Made by a program: the position numbers and the translations under genes
The notes under the pieces: generated by a model
The model's database searches: none
Seen by the model: the letters and a program-made list of their open reading frames with translations, nothing else
Told to the model about the DNA's origin: nothing
In this document: one piece after another, positions 28,971 through 38,658 of the stretch
Layout of the letters: each line of letters opens with the position of its first letter
Position numbering within the stretch: the stretch's first letter is position 1
Assembly: GCA_944386755.1 (NCBI GenBank)
Contig: CALXCF010000002.1
Span: forward strand, 8,587 to 72,586
Direction of reading: 5' to 3'
Length of the DNA stretch: 64,000 nt
Source: an uncultured Clostridia bacterium
GTDB taxonomy: Bacteria > Bacillota > Clostridia > TANB77 > CAG-508

Positions 28971-29053
28971 ACAATTTTGGCTAAAATTTCTACTATATGA
29001 AAAAATTAGCCAAAATGGTCACTTCGAACCTGAACTGACCACAAAAAGGAGGA
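28971..29053. repeat. Repeat: TTTTGGCTAA hairpin arm plus 45-bp leader TTAGCCAAAATGGTCACTTCGAACCTGAACTGACCACAAAAAGGAGG directly upstream of spoIIIAH
   Basis: nearly identical 45-bp string at 38008-38057 upstream of cadC; TGGTCA/TGACCA modules shared with 31385-31443. Confidence 0.7.
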
Positions 29054-29057
29054 AATT

Positions 29058-29729
29058 ATGAAATTATTAAAGAAAAATCAAATTGTTATTTATGTTATTG
29101 CATTAATGTTAATGGCAGTTGCTTATTTAAACTATACAACAAATACTGCAGAACAATCAGTTGAAGCAAGTTTGCAAATGGAAGCAAGAGATGATTCAAA
29201 TACTGCAAATATTGGAGATGCAACATTAGTAAGTAGTAATGATGTTTTATCTAATACAGATACTGTTAATGAATCTTCAGGTAATAGCACTACTGTTAGT
29301 AATACAGAAAGTTCAAATACTACAAATGATAATTCTAATAGCAACAGTGAAACTACACAGACGAATGCACAAACAAGTACTGATGATGACTATTTTACAA
29401 AGTCAAAATTAGAAAGAGATACAATGTATTCTCAAATGTTAGAAAGCTATGAAAATATTTTAAATAGTACAAACAGTTTAGAAACTCAGAAACAATCAGC
29501 AACTGATGAAATAAAAAAGATAAATGATACAAAAAATAGTATAATGATTTGTGAAAACTTAATTCAAACTAAAGGTTTTGAAAATAGTATAATCTTTGTA
29601 AATGGAGATAGCATAAGTGTTATTATAAAAAGTGATGAGCTAACCCAAGAAGAAGTTGCTCAAGTACAAAATATAATTTCTAGAGAGATGAATGCTGAAA
29701 TTGAAAACATACATATTTCAACAAAATAA
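29058..29729 (+). CDS. spoIIIAH: Stage III sporulation protein AH
   Basis: 223 aa; N-terminal TM, Ser/Thr/Asn-rich linker, C-terminal YscJ/FliF-like region ...ICENLIQTKGFENSIIFVNGDSISVIIKSDELTQ. Confidence 0.75.
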   Translation: MKLLKKNQIVIYVIALMLMAVAYLNYTTNTAEQSVEASLQMEARDDSNTANIGDATLVSSNDVLSNTDTVNESSGNSTTVSNTESSNTTNDNSNSNSETTQTNAQTSTDDDYFTKSKLERDTMYSQMLESYENILNSTNSLETQKQSATDEIKKINDTKNSIMICENLIQTKGFENSIIFVNGDSISVIIKSDELTQEEVAQVQNIISREMNAEIENIHISTK

Positions 29730-29759
29730 AGAAACAGAAAACCATAAAAAAGAAAAAAG

Positions 29760-29797
29760 GAAAATGACAGAAATTATGCAATTTTTTCTGTCATTTC
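29760..29797. terminator. Bidirectional terminator hairpin (AAAATGACAGAAA / TTTCTGTCATTTT) overlapping the 3' end of the convergent XRE gene
   Basis: read directly from the sequence; ends the spoIIIA operon. Confidence 0.5.
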
Positions 29798-29989
29798 ACG
29801 TATATATTTACCAAGTTCTTCATCTGTTAATTCTAATTCTCTGATTAATGATTTTAACACATCTCTTCTAGGTAAATCTTCTTCATTATCTATTCTAACA
29901 TATTGTCTCAAGCTAATACCAAGAATAGTTGCCATTTTTTCTTGAGTATATTTTTTTGCTAATCTTTTTTCTTTTATCATAACTATCAC
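29774..29989 (-). CDS. Small XRE-family HTH transcriptional regulator
   Basis: 71 aa; HTH QEKMATILGISLRQYVRIDN. Confidence 0.6.
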   Translation of the reverse strand: MIVMIKEKRLAKKYTQEKMATILGISLRQYVRIDNEEDLPRRDVLKSLIRELELTDEELGKYIREMTEKIA

Positions 29990-30238
29990 CTCTTAGTAAA
30001 ACTATAAAAATTATGTCATATTTTTGTCGAAAAATGTATTGACACTTAATGACAGTGTTTGGCATGTCTCCAAAAAACAAAAAAATTTTTGGAAAGTGTT
30101 GTAAAAATTTTTTTTATTGATATAATAAAAGTGAGCAAAGAAAATAAAACTAATAAATAACTCTTAGTAAAATAGCTAGTAACAACTAGTAATTAACAAT
30201 AACAAAAAAATAGTAAATAGGAAAGGAATGATTTAGAG

Positions 30239-31384
30239 ATGTTAAAAAAAGTAGGAATACTTGCAAATGGAGGAGATGTTTCAGGGTTTAATGCTGTAAT
30301 TAGAGCAATTGTAAAAACTGCTGAAAATCATGGAGTAGAATGTTATGGAATAATAGATGGATATAATGGATTATTAAAAAAAGATTTTGAGCTATTATCA
30401 ACAGCAGCAAACGGTGAAGCATTAGGAATATTACCAAAAGGAGGTTCAATAATTGGTTCTTCAACAAACTCAAATTTATTTAACTACAAAGTAGTAAATG
30501 AAGATGGAAGTGTAGAATATAAAGATTTATCTGATCAAGCAATCCAAAATATTAAAGACTTTGGTTTTGATTGTATATTTACACTTGGAGGAGATGGAAC
30601 ACAAAAATCAGCAAGAGACTTTTCAACAAAAGGTGTTAATGTAATAGGTGTACCAAAAACAATAGATAATGATGTTGCATGTACTGAAATTACATTTGGA
30701 TATAATACTGCCGTATCAGTTGCAATGGAAGCATTAGATAGATTGCATACAACAGGAGCAACACATCATAGAATAATGGTACTTGAAGTCATGGGAAGAT
30801 ATGCTGGTTGGATAGCTTTAGAAGCAGCAATTGCAGGAGGAGCAGATGTTGCACTAATTCCAGAAATTCCATATGATATAAATAGTGTGGTAAGTAAAAT
30901 CGAAAATAGAAAAAAAAGAGGTAAAAACTTTAGTGTAGTAGTTGTAGCAGAAGGTGCAAAACCAAAAGATGGAGAAATAACTATTATGGGGACAAGAGAT
31001 AATGGTTCAGGAGTTGACAATACAAAACTAGGAGGAATTGGACAAAAAATAGCACAGCAATTACAAGAACTAACAGGATTAGAAGCAAGAAATACAACTT
31101 TAGGTTATATGCAAAGAGGTGGAACACCAACAGCTTTTGATAGAGTTTTATCAACTAAATATGGAACAAAAGCAATGGAATTAGCTTTAGAAGGAAAATT
31201 TGGAACATTAGCAGTAATCAAAAATGGAAAATTAGATAGTGTTTCATTAGAAGAAGTCGTAGGAAAAAATACAAAAATTGGAGCAGTTTCAGGTAATACT
31301 GAAGAAAGTAATCTAAGAAGAGTTCAAATGGATGATGATTTGATGAAAACAGCTAGAAATATAGGAATTAATTTCGGAGACTAA
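30239..31384 (+). CDS. pfkA: 6-phosphofructokinase (PfkA family, long form; GGDG present, Lys at the E. coli Gly124 position)
   Basis: 381 aa; GGDVSGFNAVIR, TLGGDGT, PKTIDNDV, MGRYAGW motifs. Confidence 0.8.
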   Translation: MLKKVGILANGGDVSGFNAVIRAIVKTAENHGVECYGIIDGYNGLLKKDFELLSTAANGEALGILPKGGSIIGSSTNSNLFNYKVVNEDGSVEYKDLSDQAIQNIKDFGFDCIFTLGGDGTQKSARDFSTKGVNVIGVPKTIDNDVACTEITFGYNTAVSVAMEALDRLHTTGATHHRIMVLEVMGRYAGWIALEAAIAGGADVALIPEIPYDINSVVSKIENRKKRGKNFSVVVVAEGAKPKDGEITIMGTRDNGSGVDNTKLGGIGQKIAQQLQELTGLEARNTTLGYMQRGGTPTAFDRVLSTKYGTKAMELALEGKFGTLAVIKNGKLDSVSLEEVVGKNTKIGAVSGNTEESNLRRVQMDDDLMKTARNIGINFGD

Positions 31385-31443
31385 TGGTCAGTTTGGGGAC
31401 AGGTTTAAAGTGACCATTTTTGGTCACAAAAGGGACGCAACTA
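31385..31443. repeat. GGGAC/TGGTCA-family repeat copy (AATGGTCAGTTTGGGGACAGGTTTAAAGTGACCATTTTTGGTCACAAAAGGGACGC)
   Basis: reverse complement aligns with 37959-38005; contains the perfect palindrome GTGACCA-TTTTT-GGTCAC. Confidence 0.7.
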
Positions 31444-31620
31444 CGATTGTATAAATATTTTAATAAATTTACAACAGAAAGTATGGGTAAATAAAATTTT
31501 ATCCATGCTATTTTTTTACAAATATATTACATTTATATTACTTTTTTGTTATTTTAATTGTAAAAAAAGGTTATTATGTTATAATTTGAGTAGAATAAAA
31601 TTACGAAGGAGGAACGTAAA

Positions 31621-32787
31621 ATGTTAAAATCAAATGTTGCATGGAGTACAAATGAAGACAGCTATACACAAGGAAAAGAAACTGCAGAAAAAGCAGTAGT
31701 AGATTTAGTTCAAACAAAAGTAGCATTTTTATACACATCAGTAGATAGTGATGTAAAAAAAGTTTTAGAAGGTGCAAAAGCAGAATTAGGAACAGCACCA
31801 ATCGTAGGATGCACATCTAGTGCAGGAATAATAACACCAGACGGATTTATTTCAGGAGAAAAAGGATTTACAGGAATTTTAGCTCTAGGAGACCCAGAAC
31901 TAGAAGTTGGGGTAGCAGGCTCAGCAAAACAAAAATCAGCAAGAGAAACAGGAAGAAAAGTGGCAGAAGAAGCTATGAAAAATGCAGGTAAAGATGTACC
32001 ACCAGCATATTTCTATATGGTTGCATCACCAGGAGAAGAAGAAGACTATGTAAAAGGAATTGAAGACGTAATTGGTAGAGTTCCAATCTTTGGTGGAAGC
32101 GCAGCAGATAATACTGTTGAAGGAAAATGGAGCATTTATACAAATGATTCAGTATTCAATGATGGAGTTGCAGTAGCATTTTTCTACACAGATAAACCAA
32201 TGGCAAATGTATTCACAGGAGAATACAATGAAACAACAAATTCAGGAGTAATTACAAAAGTAAAAGACAAAAGAACATTAGTTGAAATTGATGGAGTACC
32301 TGCAATTAAAAAATATGCAGAATGGACAGGAGCTAAATTAAAAGATTTAGATGCTGATAATCTATTAGTAACAACAATAACAAAACCATTAGGAGTAAAA
32401 GATAGATTAGGAGATTTAGTTGCAATTCGTCATCCAATGTATGGAAACAAAGACAAATCAATGAATATAGGAGCAAACCTTGCAGAAAATACAGCAATAA
32501 TTCAAATGGAAGCAAGTGTTGACGAACTTATCAATTCAACAGGAAAAACAATGAAAGAAGTAAATAAAGAATTACCAACAGATGCAGGAGCATATCTATT
32601 AGTTCACTGCGGTGGAAGAAGACTTGGAATTGGAGATAGAATTGATGAAGTTGCAAAACAATTGAAAAAAGAAGCAAAAGGAGTTCCATTTATTGCGGTA
32701 TTCACATTTGGTGAATATGGTGTATATGACCACGGTTCAAACACAACAGGAGGTTTAATGCTATCATTTACAGCATTCGGTAAATGA
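31621..32787 (+). CDS. FIST (N+C) domain signalling protein
   Basis: 388 aa; FIST_N-like GTAPIVGCTSSAGI and FIST_C-like LLVHCGGRRLGIGDRIDE..FTFGEYG. Confidence 0.6.
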   Translation: MLKSNVAWSTNEDSYTQGKETAEKAVVDLVQTKVAFLYTSVDSDVKKVLEGAKAELGTAPIVGCTSSAGIITPDGFISGEKGFTGILALGDPELEVGVAGSAKQKSARETGRKVAEEAMKNAGKDVPPAYFYMVASPGEEEDYVKGIEDVIGRVPIFGGSAADNTVEGKWSIYTNDSVFNDGVAVAFFYTDKPMANVFTGEYNETTNSGVITKVKDKRTLVEIDGVPAIKKYAEWTGAKLKDLDADNLLVTTITKPLGVKDRLGDLVAIRHPMYGNKDKSMNIGANLAENTAIIQMEASVDELINSTGKTMKEVNKELPTDAGAYLLVHCGGRRLGIGDRIDEVAKQLKKEAKGVPFIAVFTFGEYGVYDHGSNTTGGLMLSFTAFGK

Positions 32788-32919
32788 AGAGAAGGGGAAA
32801 AACCACAAACTCAGGAAAATAAATATGAATGTAAAACAGAGATATATCACACAAAAAATGGTCAAGAAGAAGTAATGGTATGTAAAGTACCAGACCAAAA
32901 TAAAAAGGAGGGAGCATCA

Positions 32920-34353
32920 GTGAAAAATTTAATAGGATATGAATGGAAAGAAGCATCTAATGGAGCTACGATAGAAGTTGTTAATCCAGCAACTCAAGAA
33001 TTAATTGATACAGTTCCAAATGTAACTGAAGAAGATGTAGATGCAGCAGTAAAAGTTGCAATGATAGAACAAAAGAAATGGGAAAAAGTATCAATTTATG
33101 ATAGAGCAGATATATTATATAAATTTGTTGACTTAGTAGAAGAAAACAAAGAAAGACTAGCAACATTATTATCAAATGAAACAGGAAAACCAATCAAAGA
33201 AGCAAGAGGAGAAATTGCAAATGTTAGAATTGGTGTAAGAGGATTTGTTGAAAAAGCAAAACACTTCTATGGAGAAAGTATACCAGCAGGTAGTGAAGCA
33301 GGACAAGAAAAAACAATGCAAATAACAAAAAGATACCCAATAGGAGTAATTGCAGCAATAATCCCATTCAACTTCCCAAGTGACTTATTCTGCCAAAAAG
33401 TACCACCAGCATTAATGATGGGAAATAGTATAATAGTAAAACCATCAAACTATAATCCATTAACATTAATTGAATATGTAAAATTAATGATTGAAGCAGG
33501 AGTACCAGCAGGATGTATTCAAATATTAACAGGAGATGGACCAACAGCAGGTCAAGCATTAGCAAGACATCCAGGTGTTCACTTAGTATCATTAACAGGT
33601 GGAACAGCAGCTGGAATCCAAACAATGGGAACAGCATCTAAAAACTTAACACATGTAATGCTAGAGCTTGGTGGAAATGACGCATTTATCTTCTTAGAAG
33701 ATGGAGATATGGATTTAGCAGTAAAAGAAACAATCTGGGGAAGATTATATAATGGAGGACAAGTATGTTGTGCAAGTAAACGTTTCTTAATTCATAATTC
33801 AAGAAAACAAGAATTCATTGATAGAATGAAAGAAGTAATAGCAAACTTAAAAGTTGGAGACCCAATGCAAGAAGATACTGATATGGGACCAATGATTAAT
33901 ATAAATGCTGCAAAAAGAATAGAAGAACAAGTAAATCAAATGGTTTCAGAAGGTGCAACAATTGTATGTGGAGGAAAAAGAGAAGATGCATACTATTATC
34001 CAACAATACTTGACAATGTAACAAAAGACATGGAAGTTGCAAAAGACATGGAAATATTTGGACCAGTAATATCTGTTATTGGATTTGATGATGTAGAAGA
34101 AGCAATTGAAATTGCAAACCAATCATCATATGGTCTATGCGGTTGCGTAATATCAAAAGACTACTCAAGAGCAATGAAAATAGCAGACAGACTAGAATGT
34201 GGAGGAGCAGTAGTAAATGGAGCAAGTTTCTATCGTTCATTTGAAATGCCATTTGGAGGCTGGAAGCATTCTGGAATTGGAAATGAAGGTGTAGCAACTA
34301 CACTTGCAGAAATGTCAAGATTGAAGACAATTGTGCTTAAAAATATACTATAG
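32920..34353 (+). CDS. NAD(P)+-dependent aldehyde dehydrogenase
   Basis: ELGGNDAF (ELGGKSP equivalent), catalytic Cys in GQVCCASKRF; GTG at 32920 preceded by aaggaggga (the track ORF starts at ATG 32875 upstream of the RBS). Confidence 0.8.
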   Translation: MKNLIGYEWKEASNGATIEVVNPATQELIDTVPNVTEEDVDAAVKVAMIEQKKWEKVSIYDRADILYKFVDLVEENKERLATLLSNETGKPIKEARGEIANVRIGVRGFVEKAKHFYGESIPAGSEAGQEKTMQITKRYPIGVIAAIIPFNFPSDLFCQKVPPALMMGNSIIVKPSNYNPLTLIEYVKLMIEAGVPAGCIQILTGDGPTAGQALARHPGVHLVSLTGGTAAGIQTMGTASKNLTHVMLELGGNDAFIFLEDGDMDLAVKETIWGRLYNGGQVCCASKRFLIHNSRKQEFIDRMKEVIANLKVGDPMQEDTDMGPMININAAKRIEEQVNQMVSEGATIVCGGKREDAYYYPTILDNVTKDMEVAKDMEIFGPVISVIGFDDVEEAIEIANQSSYGLCGCVISKDYSRAMKIADRLECGGAVVNGASFYRSFEMPFGGWKHSGIGNEGVATTLAEMSRLKTIVLKNIL

Positions 34354-34380
34354 GGATTTGGGGACGGTCCTTGAAAAGAG
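34354..34380. repeat. Short GGGAC-family repeat (GGGATTTGGGGACGGTCCTTGAAAAGAGGGG)
   Basis: shares GGGACGGTCCTTGAA with the 25852 and 57288 copies. Confidence 0.5.
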
Positions 34381-34410
34381 GGGATTAGAAAAATAATTTT
34401 AATCCCTTCT
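34381..34410 (+). terminator. Rho-independent terminator (GGGATTA / TAATCCC stem, 12-nt loop, TTCT tail)
   Basis: read directly from the sequence after the aldehyde dehydrogenase gene. Confidence 0.5.
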
Positions 34411-34453
34411 ATGTATGTAATAAACGACTAAATGAGAAAGGAACAACATTATT

Positions 34454-35107
34454 ATGGATAAAAGAAAAAAAGTAATTATAATTTCTGTTGTATCAATAAT
34501 ATTAATTGTATTAATTGTGACTCTTGTTATTTTATTAGTAAATAACAGTAAAAATAACGGAGAATCAAGCACAAATTCAACTAAGATAGTGAAGTTATAT
34601 AATGAATTAAGTAATGAGCAATCATTTAGCTTTACAACAACACTTGATGATAATAACAAAGAAACTTATGCGAAAAATGACAATACTGCATATACAGATA
34701 CAATTTATGATGGAGAAGAATCAAAATTCATCATAAGAGACGGAAATTCATATCTATTAAGAGATAGTGATAAAATATATTACACATATCAAAATAATGA
34801 AGTTAATCTAAATAAAGTATTAGAGCAATTAAATGAAATTAAAGATACTGAGTTAATAGAAGGCAAAGAGGAAGTTGACGGAAAGAATTACAATTATGAA
34901 GAATACTCAGGAAGTACTAATTTTGCAATCAAATTAACTGATGACAACAACTCAGAAGATGTAAAAACAAGATTTTATTTTGATGGAAATGACTTGGTAT
35001 ATATAAAAACTATTATTGGAAATAATCAAGAATTACTAAGTGTTGAAATTTCTAATGATGTAGATAGTAGTTTGTTTGAGATACCAGAAGATTATAGAGG
35101 AATGTAA
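34454..35107 (+). CDS. hypothetical membrane-anchored protein
   Basis: 217 aa; N-terminal TM, polar ectodomain; no recognised motif. Confidence 0.45.
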   Translation: MDKRKKVIIISVVSIILIVLIVTLVILLVNNSKNNGESSTNSTKIVKLYNELSNEQSFSFTTTLDDNNKETYAKNDNTAYTDTIYDGEESKFIIRDGNSYLLRDSDKIYYTYQNNEVNLNKVLEQLNEIKDTELIEGKEEVDGKNYNYEEYSGSTNFAIKLTDDNNSEDVKTRFYFDGNDLVYIKTIIGNNQELLSVEISNDVDSSLFEIPEDYRGM

Positions 35108-35121
35108 AGGAGGAATTTAAG

Positions 35122-36282
35122 ATGGCAACAAAATTTGTTTTAAATGAAACATCATATTTCGGAAAAGGAGCAAGAGAAGAATTAGCAGGAGAAATCAAAA
35201 AAAGAGGTTTCAAAAAAGTATTTTTAGTAAGTGATAAATCTTTAGTAGAAGCTGGTGTAACAGCAAAAGTTGAGGAAGTTTTAAATAAAGCAAATATTCC
35301 ATATGTTTTATATGATGAAATAAAACCAAACCCAACTATTAAAAATGTAACAGACGGAGTTGAGGCTTGTAAAAATTCAGAAGCTGATTTAATTGTAGCA
35401 GTAGGTGGAGGTTCAAGTATAGATACAGCAAAAGGAATTTCAATTGTAATGACAAATCCAGATAGAGCAGATATCAAATCTTTAAATGGAGCATCTAATA
35501 CAGTAAATAGAGGAATGCCACTTATAGCATTACCTACAACAGCTGGAACAGCAGCAGAAGTTACAATTAACTACGTTATAACAGACGAGGAAGCTGAAAT
35601 CAAAATGGTTTGTGTAGACCCAAATGATATACCAATTTTAGCAATCATAGATTCTGAATTAATGGCTACTATGCCAAAAGGATTGGCAGCAGCAACAGGT
35701 ATGGATGCATTAACACATGCAGTTGAAGGATATATAACAAAAGCACATAATGAAATGTCAGATATGTTTCATATGAAGGCTATAAAAATGATATTTAAAT
35801 ATCTACCAGCAGCCGTAAATGAAAAAGACCCAGAAGCAATTGAAATGATGGGACTTGCTCAATATATAGCAGGTATGGGATTTTCAAATGTAGGACTTGG
35901 AATAGTTCATTCAATGGCTCACCAATTAGGAGCAGTATATGATACACCACATGGAATAGCAAATGCTATGTTACTTCCAACAGTTATGAGATTTAATGGA
36001 GAAGACCATGCAACAGCCCAAAGATTTAGAGAAATTTTAATTAATATAGGTAGACCTGATGCTGAACACCTAAATGACCAAGATGTTATAAATACTTTTG
36101 TATGGATGATTTCTGAGTTAAGTAAAGCAGTTGGAATTACAACTACTATTAAAGATTATGGCGCTAAAGAAGAGGATTTCGAAATGCTTGCTGAAAAAGC
36201 TATGAATGACCCTTGTAAACCAGGAAATCCAAGAGATGTTTCTAAAGAAGATTTTATTGAATTATATAGAAGAGCTATGTAA
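35122..36282 (+). CDS. Iron-containing (group III) alcohol dehydrogenase
   Basis: 386 aa; GGGSSIDTAKG, metal-binding His cluster (HAVEGY..., GLGIVHSMAHQLG). Confidence 0.85.
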   Translation: MATKFVLNETSYFGKGAREELAGEIKKRGFKKVFLVSDKSLVEAGVTAKVEEVLNKANIPYVLYDEIKPNPTIKNVTDGVEACKNSEADLIVAVGGGSSIDTAKGISIVMTNPDRADIKSLNGASNTVNRGMPLIALPTTAGTAAEVTINYVITDEEAEIKMVCVDPNDIPILAIIDSELMATMPKGLAAATGMDALTHAVEGYITKAHNEMSDMFHMKAIKMIFKYLPAAVNEKDPEAIEMMGLAQYIAGMGFSNVGLGIVHSMAHQLGAVYDTPHGIANAMLLPTVMRFNGEDHATAQRFREILINIGRPDAEHLNDQDVINTFVWMISELSKAVGITTTIKDYGAKEEDFEMLAEKAMNDPCKPGNPRDVSKEDFIELYRRAM

Positions 36283-36507
36283 AATTAAATAGTAAGTATG
36301 TTATTGAGTCTCAAAATTTTGATTTTGTGGCTCGATTTTTAATCTAGAAAGGTAAGTAAAAAAATATTTGAAACAATTTTCCTTCGAATAAATGTGAATT
36401 TTTTAGAATATTCCTTTGAAAAATGTGAAAATATCCAAAATTTTCGTTTGAATTTATGTAATAAATATGCTATAATATGTATATAATAACAGAGGAGAGT
36501 GATTTTT

Positions 36508-37810
36508 ATGTATCGTGAAAAATTAAAAGAACTCGAACTATGGAAAAATTCAAACGATAGAAAGCCACTTATTATTAGAGGAGCTAGACAAGTAGGTAAA
36601 ACTTGGATAATGCAAGAATTCGGAAATAAAAATTATGAAAAAGTTGCATATATAAATTTTGATGGAAATGAAAGAATGGAAAGATTATTCCAAGGTGATT
36701 TTGATATAGAAAGATTAATTGAAGGATTAAAAATAGAAACAGGTGTAAACATCGAAAAAGAAAATACATTATTAATTTTTGATGAAGTACAAGAAGTACC
36801 AAAAGCATTGACATCGTTAAAATATTTTTATGAAAATGCTAATGAATATAATATTATAGCAGCAGGTTCATTACTTCGGTGTAGCTTTACATGAAGGAAC
36901 ATCATTTCCTGTTGGGAAAGTTGATTTTATGGATTTATATCCATTAAATTTCAAAGAGTTTCTTATAGCAATAGGAGAAGAAGAGCTTTCAAAATTAATA
37001 GATAAAAAAGATTGGAGTTTAATCAATATTTTTAAAGACAAATATATTGATTTATTAAGAAAATATTATTTCATTGGTGGAATGCCAGCAGCAATAAACA
37101 AATATATTGAAACAACAGATTTTAAACAAGTAAGAAAGACTCAAAATCAACTATTGAAAGCATATGAAGAAGATTTTTCAAAACATGCACCTAGTGAAAT
37201 AGTACCAAGATTAAAAATGTTATGGAATAGTATACCAGCTCAATTAGCTAAAGAAAATAAAAAATTTATTTATGGACTAATAAAAGAAGGAGCAAGAGCT
37301 AGAGAATATGAACTGGCATTATCATGGTTAATTGATTGTGGGCTTGTATATAAAATTGATAGAATCAATAAACCTAATATTCCACTTATTGCATATCAAG
37401 ATACAAGTGCATTTAAACTATATACTTTTGATGTAGGTCTTTTAGGAGCAATGACAAAAATAGATGAGAAAATTCTATTGGAAGGTAGCAAGATTTTTAC
37501 AGAATTTAAGGGTTCATTCACTGAACAATTTGTCTTAACAGAATTAAAATCAAACAAGGACATTCCTATTTTTTATTGGTCAGCTGAAAAAGCAACAGCA
37601 GAAGTTGATTTTATTATACAATTAGGAATTGATGTTGTTCCAATTGAAGTAAAGGCAGAACAAAATTTAAAAGCAAAAAGTTTAAAGGAGTTCGTAACAA
37701 AATATAATACCACAAAGAATGTAAGAACATCCATGGTGGAATATAAAAAGGAAGAATGGTTAACTAATATACCACTTTACGCAATAGGAGAAATTGAAAA
37801 AATTATTTAA
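36508..37810 (+). pseudogene. AAA_14 / DUF4143 family ATPase (paralogue of 11537-12733) with a +1 frameshift near 36884-36890 (context CTTCGGTGTAG)
   Basis: P-loop GARQVGKT, DEVQ; the ORF stops at ...AAGSLLRCSFT*, and the other frame continues GVALHEGTSFPVGKVDFMDLYPLNFKEFL... as ORF 36929-37810. Confidence 0.7.
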
Positions 37811-37958
37811 ATATAGTAATAATTGAAAAGCTAAAAATGCAAGTTCTATATATAATAGAATTTGTATTTTTTTGTAAAAAAGTATTGACAAAAAACTATT
37901 AAAAGAATAAAATGAATATATGAACAAATAATCATATGTTGGAACAAATATAATAAAA

Positions 37959-38057
37959 GTGGCGTCCCTAAAGTGACCAAAAATGGATACAATGTACCTG
38001 TCCCCAATTAGCCAAAAATGGTCACTCCAAACCTGAACTGACCACACAAAAAAGGAG
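37959..38057. repeat. Composite repeat: a GGGAC/TGGTCA-family unit (37959-38005) plus the 45-bp leader TTAGCCAAAAATGGTCACTCCAAACCTGAACTGACCACACAAAAAAGGAGG (38008-38057)
   Basis: first part matches the reverse complement of 31385-31443; second part matches 29006-29053. Confidence 0.7.
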
Positions 38058-38066
38058 GAGAAAGAG

Positions 38067-38420
38067 ATGGAAGATGAATTATTTGAATGTACAGTGCTTC
38101 ATGAAGATGTAGTAAATGAAGTAAAAAAGAAAATTCCAGAAGATGGATTAATTTATGATTTAGCAGAATTTTTTAAAGTATTTGCTGATTCAACAAGAAT
38201 GAAAATAATATATGCTCTTATGGAAAATGAACTTTGTGTTTGTGATATAGCAAACATAGTTCAAACAACACAATCAGCAATATCTCATCAATTGAGATTA
38301 TTAAAACAAGCTAAATTAGTAAAATTTAGAAAAGAAGGCAAAGTTGTATATTATAGCTTAGATGATGACCATATTAGTCAAATTGTAAAGAAAGGACGTG
38401 AGCATATTGAAGAATTATAA
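38067..38420 (+). CDS. cadC: ArsR/SmtB-family metalloregulator (CadC-like)
   Basis: 117 aa; ELCVCDIANIVQTTQSAISHQLRLLKQAKLV metal-sensor motif and HTH. Confidence 0.8.
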   Translation: MEDELFECTVLHEDVVNEVKKKIPEDGLIYDLAEFFKVFADSTRMKIIYALMENELCVCDIANIVQTTQSAISHQLRLLKQAKLVKFRKEGKVVYYSLDDDHISQIVKKGREHIEEL

Positions 38421-38631
38421 ATGTAATTTAAAAGGTTTAGATTGTCCTAATTGTGCAGCACAATTAGAAAATGCAATTCAAAAAATTGATGGAATAGAGA
38501 ATGCATCAGTTAGTTTTATGACAGGAAAGTTAGTATTTGATTGTAATGAAGAACAAGAAAAGGACATAATTAAAAAGGTAAAAAAAGCTATTAGAAAAGA
38601 AGAACCTGATGTAGAAGTTGAAGGAATCTAA
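38398..38631 (+). CDS. Heavy-metal-associated (HMA) domain protein, in frame with the downstream P-type ATPase and separated from it by a single TAA
   Basis: 77 aa; GLDCPNCAAQLE HMA metal-binding loop; start (GTG 38398 or TTG 38407) overlaps the cadC 3' end; stop at 38629-38631, then 27 nt in frame to the ATPase ATG. Confidence 0.55.
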   Translation: MSILKNYKCNLKGLDCPNCAAQLENAIQKIDGIENASVSFMTGKLVFDCNEEQEKDIIKKVKKAIRKEEPDVEVEGI

Positions 38632-38658
38632 AAAATAAAAGTTACGAGGAGATTAGTT

